This document shows, piece by piece, positions 17,329-25,451 of a DNA stretch of 32,000 nt. Every line of letters begins with the position of its first letter. Position 1 is the first letter of the stretch. The translations under genes and the position numbers were made by a program. Source of the stretch: Candidatus Jordarchaeales archaeon. GTDB taxonomy: Archaea > Asgardarchaeota > Jordiarchaeia > Jordiarchaeales > Freyrarchaeaceae. A model generated the notes under the pieces. It searched no databases. It saw nothing but the letters and a program-made list of their open reading frames with translations, and was not told the DNA's origin. The stretch covers positions 30,001 to 62,000 of the forward strand of contig JAWAHN010000001.1 in assembly GCA_038889235.1 (NCBI GenBank), read 5' to 3'.

Positions 17329-17706
17329 TTACGACAGTACTTTTGCGAGCTTCTCTTTAGTTACACCTAGCTCTGTTATAATTAGTCCCATGTTGGCGTC
17401 TGGTCGGGTGACTGCGGCTAGGATGTGCTTGTCGTCAACTCCCATTATTACCACTATTCCCGCCCTGCCACTCACTACAATTCGCTGAATTTCTCCTAGT
17501 GAGAGTTCTTTGATCGCCCTAAGCCCTATGTTGTAGATGGCGGCGCTCATCGCAGCTATGAGGTTTTCGTCTCCATACTTTATCGCGGATGCCAAGATGA
17601 GGCCGTCTTTTCTAACTACCGCCGAGGCTTCTATGTCCGGGTCAGATGCCTCCATCTCTTCTAACACGTTTACCAGTTTTTCTTTAAGAGCTTTCATTTT
17701 CATCAT
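17329..17706 (-). CDS. Roadblock/LC7 (MglB-like) domain protein
   Basis: DIEASAVVRKDGLILAS, IAAMSAA, and DANMGLI; about 120 aa, classic roadblock pattern. Confidence 0.92.
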   Translation of the reverse strand: MMKMKALKEKLVNVLEEMEASDPDIEASAVVRKDGLILASAIKYGDENLIAAMSAAIYNIGLRAIKELSLGEIQRIVVSGRAGIVVIMGVDDKHILAAVTRPDANMGLIITELGVTKEKLAKVLS

Positions 17707-17744
17707 CCTTCAAGAACATTTTAAAAGACTTTGAGTAGCTTTAC

Positions 17745-17757
17745 ATTTAAATCTTTC
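17745..17757 (-). promoter_or_regulatory. BRE/TATA-like promoter of the roadblock gene
   Basis: The minus strand reads GAAAGATTTAAAT; a second TTTTAAAA lies at 17719-17726. Confidence 0.45.
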
Positions 17758-17811
17758 GTCTGAACCTGCGACTTTAACAATAAATTGCATTGATTATTGA
17801 GACATTTTCAT

Positions 17812-18594
17812 TCACTTGCCCTTCAAGCGCTTAACGTATTCTTTAACCCTCTTTGGGACGTCTTCGTTCTGGATGCACACCCTCTGGGCTAGAGCTGTGT
17901 AGTCGAGCAGTGTTTCCATATCCACGTCGAAGCTTAAGTTTAGTATTTTCTTGGATAAGGAGACTGCGAGGGGGCTATTCATCATCATGGCCCTAGCTGT
18001 GATGAGGGTTTCTTCTTCAAGCTTGTCGGCTGGAACAACCTTGTTGACTAAGCCTATCTTTTCCGCTTCCCGTGCATCTATTATTTTAGCGGTCATCACT
18101 AGCTCTTTCGCCCTCCCTAATCCAACTATGCGAGGGAGTCTCTGACACCCCGCTAGGTCGGGTACTATGCCCACAGCAACCTCTGGAAGCCCGAATATCG
18201 CGTTTTCAGACGCTATCCTCATGTCGCACACTAGGGCCAGCTCCAGCCCTCCGCCCAAGGCTGGCCCGTTGATTGCCGCTATCACGGGCTTCTCCATAGA
18301 CTCGATCTGGTTGTAAATTCCCTGAGCGAATTTCACCGCTCTATACAACTCGTTTAAACCCATCTTTCCGAGTTCCTCGAGGAGACTGAAGTCCATCCCA
18401 GAGGAGAAGGCTTTTCCAGCACCGGTCAAAACAACCACTTTAACACTTTCATCGCTTCCAGCAATCCTGAACGCTTCACTTAGCTCCGCCAGCATCTTGG
18501 AATTTATGGCGTTTAGCACCTCAGGTCTGTTGAGAACTATTCTCGTTATACCCTCACTTTTTTCGTAGGAAACCGTCTCAAAGTTCAAGTTCAA
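17812..18594 (-). CDS. Enoyl-CoA hydratase/isomerase (crotonase) family protein
   Basis: LNRPEVLNA, AFSSGMDF, KPVIAAINGPALGGGLELALVCD and PEVAVGIVP; both catalytic Glu present. Confidence 0.95.
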   Translation of the reverse strand: MNLNFETVSYEKSEGITRIVLNRPEVLNAINSKMLAELSEAFRIAGSDESVKVVVLTGAGKAFSSGMDFSLLEELGKMGLNELYRAVKFAQGIYNQIESMEKPVIAAINGPALGGGLELALVCDMRIASENAIFGLPEVAVGIVPDLAGCQRLPRIVGLGRAKELVMTAKIIDAREAEKIGLVNKVVPADKLEEETLITARAMMMNSPLAVSLSKKILNLSFDVDMETLLDYTALAQRVCIQNEDVPKRVKEYVKRLKGK

Positions 18595-18638
18595 CCCTCC
18601 GGCACTGGTCTAAGACTTAGACTAGGGTATAAGGCTTT

Positions 18639-19517
18639 CTAGTAAAACTCCTTGTCCGGTGGGTGGAGTAACTTGAAGTACGAGAGAGGTTGCTTTGAGA
18701 GCTTCACTACGCGGCGGGCGAACTGTTTAACGCGCCTCTCGCGGTGGGAGAGGTATGGGAGTATTGGGCGGGTCCCCTTAGCTTTGACTATGTACGCCAA
18801 CGCGTTCACTGCAGCGACCCTTAACTGCGGGTTTTCTGAGAGGAGGGCTAGCTTCACGAGAGGCTTAACCGCTCTCTCATCTCCTATGCGAGCTGCCAAA
18901 CCCAAGTGTTCTAGCGTGAAATTCCCTCTCTCTAGCTCTGAAACCACGACGTCGTTAACTCTCTCGTCTCCTATGTCTGCGAGTGCCACCAGCGCCGCGG
19001 TGGAAAGCTGCCGGTCTCCCGAAACTTTTTGGAAAAAGCCCCACACCATGTCTGCTGCTTCCCTGTCTTTTAGCACGCCGAGAACTATGCACGCTTGAGC
19101 CTTAACGCTGGCTGGAAGTCTCTCGAAAACCTCCCTTATCTTCTCGGCTACGGGCAGCCCGTCTTCCAAGCCGAGCTTCCCCAAGGCCACTAGTAGGTCG
19201 CCGCTGATTTTCTCGTACTCCGGCTTCTCCAGCATTGAGAGAAGCCTGCTTTGCGCTTCACTGCTTCTGGCGAGCTCCGCGAGCTTCGACACCGCTTCAA
19301 ACCTGGCAAGACCATGAGCTTCGGGAATTAAGGGGATGAGCTCGTCTATGGAGGACGCTTTCGAAATCGACGATATAAGGGTGCCCTCACCCTTTGCAGG
19401 AGGCTTGAGCGCCAGCACAGCCTCCAACTCCGACTTGAACCACGGAAGGAGGAGGCTCCTTAAAGCCACGTATGGGCTTATAGATAGCTGCGACCCACTA
19501 GACTCCATGCCTACCAC
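18639..19517 (-). CDS. HEAT-repeat (PBS lyase-like) protein
   Basis: Repeated 'A..ALG.lg...A' units (LLVALGKLG, ACIVLGVLKD, ALVALADIGDER, LAARIGDERAVKPL, AAVNALAYI). Confidence 0.8.
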   Translation of the reverse strand: MVGMESSGSQLSISPYVALRSLLLPWFKSELEAVLALKPPAKGEGTLISSISKASSIDELIPLIPEAHGLARFEAVSKLAELARSSEAQSRLLSMLEKPEYEKISGDLLVALGKLGLEDGLPVAEKIREVFERLPASVKAQACIVLGVLKDREAADMVWGFFQKVSGDRQLSTAALVALADIGDERVNDVVVSELERGNFTLEHLGLAARIGDERAVKPLVKLALLSENPQLRVAAVNALAYIVKAKGTRPILPYLSHRERRVKQFARRVVKLSKQPLSYFKLLHPPDKEFY

Positions 19518-19584
19518 CCAACTCTACGAGCCCATAAAACTTCCCCGGGGGGGGGGTCAACCATTCTCCCGGAGACCCAGACGG

Positions 19585-20658
19585 CTACCTCTTACTCCGC
19601 TTCTTTCCCTCTAGTATTGCCATGCCGAGCTCTACCACCCTGTTGAAGGGTTCTTCCCACTTTTCCCTCAGCTTTATTGATATAGCATTAGCCGGGCACT
19701 TTGTAGCGCACAGGCCGCAGCCGAGACACCTCTCCTCGTTAACCACTGCTACCTCTTCGAGTGTTACCGCCCCGACGGGGCATCTTTCGACGCACGTGCC
19801 ACACCCTATGCAGGACTCTGGGTCGACGACGGATCTGAATATTGCGTTAATGTATTTATGGACTTCGTAGCCCCTCTTCGTTATCCCCTTGAGGGAGGCG
19901 CAACAGCAGGGGCAACAGTTGCACACGTTTGAGAGGTGCTTTGCGTTGACGGAGGCGTGGACGAGGCCCGCATCGTCAGCCTCCCTTATGATTTTCACAG
20001 CTTCCTCGGGCTTTATCTCCTCCGCCCACCCGTTCTCAATGTAGTATTCGGCTGCAACTCCGAAGCTCAAGCACGTCTCGAGCGGGTATTCGCACCCTTC
20101 ACCGTTGAGCCTAGCCTCTTTCCTGCAAATGCACTCTGTTACTGCAGCCACGCGGGCGTTCCTTACCAGCTCCTCCAGCTTAAGGTAGGGGAGGAGAACC
20201 GTCCCGGCGGCTATGTTCTTTTCGAGCGGGAGGACTTTAAAGCCTGGGACATTGCTCGCCCCCATCTCGTCCACGTACTTTGTCTCGTAGTACTCTTTGT
20301 ATAGCCGGGCGAGCTCCTCGTCTATCTTCTTCACCGAGTACTCGTATAAGCCTATCATGAATGGGGCGGCGTTATAGAACACCTTGCCTTCACGCCTGAT
20401 GCGGAAAACAAGCCCCTTCCTTGACATGGACTCAAGCATCTCTGCAAGGCTTTTCTCGTCTATACCGGTGCGCTCAGCTATCTGGGAGACTTCCTCGGGG
20501 AAGGGAGAGAGGAGGACGAAGAGGCGTGCCTCATCTTCGCTGAAAAGCCTCTTAAGTATCTTAAGCTCGACGCCGCTGGGCGTGGCTGGAAAACCTAGAG
20601 GGAACTTGTCTAGGAACTCGCGTAGCTTTACGTAGGCATCGTCAGACAAAACCACCAC
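19585..20658 (-). CDS. 4Fe-4S dicluster protein with an N-terminal HTH-like region
   Basis: CIGCGTCVERCP and CLGCGLCATKCP ferredoxin motifs, plus CICR, CLSFG and CNCCPCCC cysteine clusters. Confidence 0.88.
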   Translation of the reverse strand: MVVLSDDAYVKLREFLDKFPLGFPATPSGVELKILKRLFSEDEARLFVLLSPFPEEVSQIAERTGIDEKSLAEMLESMSRKGLVFRIRREGKVFYNAAPFMIGLYEYSVKKIDEELARLYKEYYETKYVDEMGASNVPGFKVLPLEKNIAAGTVLLPYLKLEELVRNARVAAVTECICRKEARLNGEGCEYPLETCLSFGVAAEYYIENGWAEEIKPEEAVKIIREADDAGLVHASVNAKHLSNVCNCCPCCCASLKGITKRGYEVHKYINAIFRSVVDPESCIGCGTCVERCPVGAVTLEEVAVVNEERCLGCGLCATKCPANAISIKLREKWEEPFNRVVELGMAILEGKKRSKR

Positions 20659-20828
20659 CGGTTACCAGAAGAACAAGAGAGTATTTAACGGTTCTGAGAG
20701 GTTACAAGGTCTCCGAGAGGCGGCCGAACAATGTTGGGCGGCTGGAGGGAAGACCACTCAACAGATGTTTTCGAGTTGCTTGGACGCTGCGACACGCTTA
20801 AAGTCTTCCTTCCGAGACTGGCGTGGAT

Positions 20829-22040
20829 TTATGAAGGCGCCTTATTTTCGTGGATTTTTGCCGGTTCTCCTGGAGGGGAGAGCCATCCTTTCACCGCTCC
20901 AGCCTTAAGGCCCGCCTCTAAGATTGAAGAAGCCTCGTTTTCGTCTACTAGGGCAATTAGGCTTCCCCCCATTCCGGCGCCCGAAAGCTTTGCCCCGTAA
21001 GCTCCAGCCCTGAGGACCGCGCTCCTTATTTCTTCCAGTTTGGGGTGGCTTACCTCGTAAAGGTCTCTCAACAGCTCATGCTGGTAGTTCATGATTTCCC
21101 CCAGCGCCTCTATTCTAGATGCGCCCTTAATTTTGTCGAGAAGCTCGTCTTCCACTAGTGTCGGAGACTCGCCCTTTAACAGTTTCACCGCCACTAAAGT
21201 GGACGACTGCATTTTTAGGGTGAAGAGTATTCGCTTCGCAGAAGCCTCGTCCAGCATGCTAAGGTATGGTTCAAGCTCGCCTACAGATAGCTCATCCCAC
21301 TTTGGCTCGAAGTACCTGTACCCCAGCTTGGCTTTAACCTCCTTGGGGATGTTCATTTCCATGAACGCTTTAAGCCCTTCATCTATCTCCCTTTGCCTTA
21401 CGGGGTGTATAAGTGCCGTGGAGTGCCTCACCCCTGAGTCGAATATCGCGAAGAACAGTCCATCAGAGGGGAGGCGCTCAACTCTGAATGGCGGCCTGCA
21501 CTCTAGCAGAATTATACCTCCGAAGGCTGAGCCATACTGGTCCAAGCGGCCGCAGGGTATCCCCATCTCGTCGTGCTCCGCCACGTATGCAAGCTCCGCT
21601 ATGTCACGTGTCGAGAGCCCTAAATCGTAGAGCCCGTTCAGAAGGGTTAGGAACGAGACCTCTAGCGCCGCACTGCTCGACAACCCGGAGCCGACTGGAA
21701 CCTGGCTTTCAACCCAGATCTCAGCGCCCTCAACACCTTTAAAGTAGCCCTCCTTGACAAGGACGTTAACCACGGCCCGGAAGTAATTGCCGAACCAACC
21801 TTTCCCTAGCAAGGGTCCTCCAGCCTGGAAGGAGTCGGCGAATGGTTCTCCAAGATCCTTCATGTTCAACGACACCACTTTGAACCCTGGTTCCCTCCTA
21901 AGCGCGCCGGACACGTAAGTCCTAAGCTTGATGGCAACTGGCACTACAGGCAGCCCCTTGTAGTCCTGGTGAGTGTTCAGGAAGTCAGCTCTCCCAGGCG
22001 CGGAAGCCAGAAGCCAGCCCTCACCCACAGGTATCCTCAT
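20829..22040 (-). CDS. galK: Galactokinase-like GHMP sugar kinase
   Basis: SAPGRADFLNTHQDY, PVGSGLSSSAA, CGRLDQY and GAKLSGAGMGG; divergent from galT. ATG 22040 (frame opens at 22073). Confidence 0.8.
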   Translation of the reverse strand: MRIPVGEGWLLASAPGRADFLNTHQDYKGLPVVPVAIKLRTYVSGALRREPGFKVVSLNMKDLGEPFADSFQAGGPLLGKGWFGNYFRAVVNVLVKEGYFKGVEGAEIWVESQVPVGSGLSSSAALEVSFLTLLNGLYDLGLSTRDIAELAYVAEHDEMGIPCGRLDQYGSAFGGIILLECRPPFRVERLPSDGLFFAIFDSGVRHSTALIHPVRQREIDEGLKAFMEMNIPKEVKAKLGYRYFEPKWDELSVGELEPYLSMLDEASAKRILFTLKMQSSTLVAVKLLKGESPTLVEDELLDKIKGASRIEALGEIMNYQHELLRDLYEVSHPKLEEIRSAVLRAGAYGAKLSGAGMGGSLIALVDENEASSILEAGLKAGAVKGWLSPPGEPAKIHENKAPS

Positions 22041-22153
22041 AGTGCCAGCCTCCCCTAGGTGGACAACCAACAACCTTTTTACTGAACAAGTGAAATCGCT
22101 ATAATTAATTTTCTGGAGGAATGATCGGTGAAGCTGAAGGGTGACCGGCGGGT

Positions 22154-23134
22154 GTGAGGTGTCCGGCTTTGCAGGAGTTAAGGTGGAACCCCGTTTTAGG
22201 GGAATGGGTCATTGTCGCGGCACACCGCAAAGAGCGCCCGGTTGACGGCATAGACGCGGCGAGGCGGTGCCCTTTCTGTCCCGGTAGTCCGGAAGTCGAG
22301 GGAGAATGGGAGGTTCTAAGTCTCCCCAACAAGTTTCCGTCGCTTGTGCCGAACCCCGCAAAGCCTACCAGGCATAGGTTCTACAGAACTAGGCCGGCCG
22401 TCGGCGTGTGTGAGGTCATATTGGAGACGAAGGAGCACGAGGGCGACCTCTGCGACCTTATACTAGAGAGAGCGAAGAAACTCGTTGACCTCTACGCTGA
22501 AAGATACAGCAAGCTTGGCGAGCTCAGCTACGTGAAGTACGTGTTCATATTCAGAAACAAAGGGGAAGTTATAGGTGTGACGCTACACCACCCTCACTCG
22601 CAGCTTTACGCCTTCCCGTTCATACCTCCCCTGGTGGCTAGAGAGCTGGAGAACAGCAAACGGTATTACAAGAGGAGGGGGGAGTGCTTGTTCTGCAGAA
22701 TTAGAGAGGTTGAGGAGGAGGACGCTGTTAGAGTTGTTTACACCAACAAGGACTTCACCTGCTTCCTCCCATTTTACGCTAAGTGGCCCTACGAGGTGCA
22801 CATTTACCCTAAGAGACACGTCCAGTCGCTTCCAGAGCTCACGGAGGAGGAAAGGTTTTCGCTGGCAGACGCACTCAGGATGGTTACGGCGACTTACAAT
22901 AACCTTTTCGGCTTCTCCATGCCTTACGTTATGGCGATACACCAGAAGCCGACTGACGGCAGGAACTACGAGTACTACCACTTGCACGTCGAGTTTTACC
23001 CACCTTACAGAAGCAGGGATAAGCTCAAGTTCCCGGCGGGGACAGAAAGAGGGGCGGGGGCGTGGACTTACGACGCCGCACCGGAGGAGAAAGCCGAAGA
23101 GCTGAGAAAAACAGCACAGCGAATAAAATTATGA
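22154..23134 (+). CDS. galT: Galactose-1-phosphate uridylyltransferase
   Basis: ELRWNP, CPFCPG, NKFPSL, catalytic HPHSQ, PYEVHIYPKRH and HLHVEFYP. Confidence 0.95.
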   Translation: MRCPALQELRWNPVLGEWVIVAAHRKERPVDGIDAARRCPFCPGSPEVEGEWEVLSLPNKFPSLVPNPAKPTRHRFYRTRPAVGVCEVILETKEHEGDLCDLILERAKKLVDLYAERYSKLGELSYVKYVFIFRNKGEVIGVTLHHPHSQLYAFPFIPPLVARELENSKRYYKRRGECLFCRIREVEEEDAVRVVYTNKDFTCFLPFYAKWPYEVHIYPKRHVQSLPELTEEERFSLADALRMVTATYNNLFGFSMPYVMAIHQKPTDGRNYEYYHLHVEFYPPYRSRDKLKFPAGTERGAGAWTYDAAPEEKAEELRKTAQRIKL

Positions 23135-23146
23135 GAAAGTTTAATA
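23135..23146 (+). promoter_or_regulatory. BRE/TATA-like promoter of the folliculin-like gene
   Basis: GAAAGTTTAATA immediately after the galT stop; favours ATG 23183 as the start. Confidence 0.45.
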
Positions 23147-23164
23147 GGTTAAAAGAACATTCAA

Positions 23165-24319
23165 ATGCGAGGTACGGGTTCCATGGATCGAGTTAAAAGT
23201 AATGAGTGGGCGGGGGGAAAGTTGCTGGACGGTGTTTGCCTCGCCATAGCGGATGAGATAAGAGGGCCTACGTGCATCCACAGTGTGGGGTTAAGCCCTA
23301 GGCTGGCTGACCGTGCCACGATGAAGGCGCTGATAGGAACGATCTCTATCGGAACACGTGTAGCTGAAGAGGAGATATCGATCATCCCATTGCAGGATGA
23401 GGGCAAAAGCATCTTTTCGTACGTTTTCCCCTACGAGGACAGGACGGCTAGGGGCGGCGCGAGAATCCTCGCAATAATACTAGTCACTGACAAGAAGAAC
23501 ATGGCGTTTCTTTACAGGTTCGCACCTGTTATCTACGACAAGGTGAGGAGGGTTGCCGAGGATATTAAAGCATACTATAAACCACCGCTCCACTTCGAGG
23601 AGGAAGGCCTAAAGAAAATTGAGAGCCTCATGGAGATAGACGTTTCAATGGTGACCCCGCTTAAACTCAAGGAGTACTTGATACAGCTTTACCTTTCTCG
23701 CTCAGACGAGAGAAGGAGGGGGCTCCTTGCGAGGACGGCCAGTATAGCTAGAGGGGTTATGCTTAGCGGTGAGAAAGTGGACTTAGTTGGGCTGGGGAAG
23801 GACGGGAAACCCCTATGGGTCCTCCTATCGACTAACATAGTCACTGGGGGGAGCGAGAAGCTCGTTGAGTGCTACAAGACTGTTAAGGAGCTTAGGGAGA
23901 GGAATCCATGGGTTGAGGTCTTCTTCCTCCTCGACGAGTTAAGGTACTCTGAAAAGATAGCCCTCCCCGACATAGAGCTTGACAAAACGGAGAACGTCGG
24001 AGTGGTGCAGGACAGTGAGGGGAAGGTAAAGCTCCTAGGGCTAGGTGAAAGAGGGAAGCTCCTCTGGGTATTCACTCCCGTAAAACTGATCGCTAGCCCG
24101 GAGGAGCAGGAAGCGGAAAGAAGGAAGATTTACGAGAAGAAAGCAGATAACCCAGACTTGGAAGCTATCTTCATGCTGTGCGAAATATTCTCGGACACTG
24201 AAATAAGAGTGCCAGAAGAGGTGCGCGAACCCGGAGTCAGGATAACCTTGATAAAGAAGAAGATGGGGTTGAGGGAGCGATATAAGAAGATCATAGAGAA
24301 GCTGCGTGGCGAGGACTAA
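23165..24319 (+). CDS. Folliculin/SMCR8-like uDENN domain protein with a duplicated C-terminal module
   Basis: CLAIADEIRGP and FSYVFPYEDRTARGGARILAIILVT match recalled FLCN motifs; internal 83-aa-period repeat; likely start ATG 23183. Confidence 0.7.
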   Translation: MRGTGSMDRVKSNEWAGGKLLDGVCLAIADEIRGPTCIHSVGLSPRLADRATMKALIGTISIGTRVAEEEISIIPLQDEGKSIFSYVFPYEDRTARGGARILAIILVTDKKNMAFLYRFAPVIYDKVRRVAEDIKAYYKPPLHFEEEGLKKIESLMEIDVSMVTPLKLKEYLIQLYLSRSDERRRGLLARTASIARGVMLSGEKVDLVGLGKDGKPLWVLLSTNIVTGGSEKLVECYKTVKELRERNPWVEVFFLLDELRYSEKIALPDIELDKTENVGVVQDSEGKVKLLGLGERGKLLWVFTPVKLIASPEEQEAERRKIYEKKADNPDLEAIFMLCEIFSDTEIRVPEEVREPGVRITLIKKKMGLRERYKKIIEKLRGED

Positions 24320-24320
24320 C

Positions 24321-25451
24321 TTAACCTAAAAGCTGTACTGATGACGCTTTAAACGCCAAGTACACTTTTTCCTCCCTATTAATGTCTAGATCCTTAGCTG
24401 AGACTTTCGTCATCAATGCTTCAACTTTAAACCCTCCAGCTGAAGCAACAATCCTAATAAATGGGCCTTGCGGAAGTACATCAGTTACCGTGGCTTCCAG
24501 GATGTTGCGTGCGCTCGTTTCCGGTTTAGACCTAGCTACGATGATGTCTTCCGGCCTCACCAAGAAGCTGACGGTTCTACCCCTCTCTAGTTCCGGATTG
24601 TATGGTATCGCAATGGTGTAGCCCTCAACGTTGAGCAGGGTGACGCCGCTATCCTGGTCGTGCAGCTCGACAACACCTGACAACACGTTCCCAAGGTTCA
24701 TGAAGGACGCCACGAAGCTGCTTCGAGGACGCTCCATTAATTCTTTCATGCTTCCAACTTGCTCTATTGATCCATCCCTCATCAAGGCAACCCTGTCTGC
24801 TAGTACACGCGCATCCACAAGGCTATGTGTAACGTAAACCATCGTTATACCAGTGCTTTTATGAACCCTGAGAATCAGCTCTCTGGCGGTGTTCCTAGAC
24901 TGAGGGTCGAGGCTGCTTAGCGGCTCATCAAGTAGAAGGAGGCGGGGCTCCGTTACAAGCGCCCTAGCTAAGGAAACCCTCTGCTTCTCGCCGCCACTAA
25001 GAGACGACGGCATCCTGTCCTCAAGTCCACTGATGCCCAGCTCCTCTAATACCTCCCTAGCCCTCCTAGCAGCCTCGCTCTCCTTAACTCCGCGCACCTT
25101 CAAACCGTAGGTGACGTTTTCGAGGACCGTCATGTGGGGGAACAGGGCGAAGTCCTGGAAGACCATGCCCACGTTCCTCTTCTCCGGGGGGAGGTTGTCT
25201 ACAAGCTTTCCATCAATGAACACGTGCCCTCTTTCCTGCCTCGTCAAACCTGCTATCACGTTGAGGAGCGTTGTTTTCCCGCAGCCCGTCGGCCCGAGAA
25301 CCACGAAGAGCTCCCCATCGTCGACCTCCAAGTTGACATCCTTGAGCACTTGAAGGCTCCTCCTCTTCCCTCTGATAAGCATCATGAGGGGGGTTGGCAG
25401 CGGGTAGGACTTGCAAACAGACTCGAGCCTTAAGGACATACGGCCCTTCAC
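24321..25451 (-). CDS. wtpC: Tungstate/molybdate ABC transporter ATP-binding subunit with TOBE domains
   Basis: GPTGCGKT, LSGGEKQR, LLLLDEP, VTH and a C-terminal TOBE (SARNILEATV...FKAS); in operon with wtpA/B. Confidence 0.85.
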   Translation of the reverse strand: MKGRMSLRLESVCKSYPLPTPLMMLIRGKRRSLQVLKDVNLEVDDGELFVVLGPTGCGKTTLLNVIAGLTRQERGHVFIDGKLVDNLPPEKRNVGMVFQDFALFPHMTVLENVTYGLKVRGVKESEAARRAREVLEELGISGLEDRMPSSLSGGEKQRVSLARALVTEPRLLLLDEPLSSLDPQSRNTARELILRVHKSTGITMVYVTHSLVDARVLADRVALMRDGSIEQVGSMKELMERPRSSFVASFMNLGNVLSGVVELHDQDSGVTLLNVEGYTIAIPYNPELERGRTVSFLVRPEDIIVARSKPETSARNILEATVTDVLPQGPFIRIVASAGGFKVEALMTKVSAKDLDINREEKVYLAFKASSVQLLG

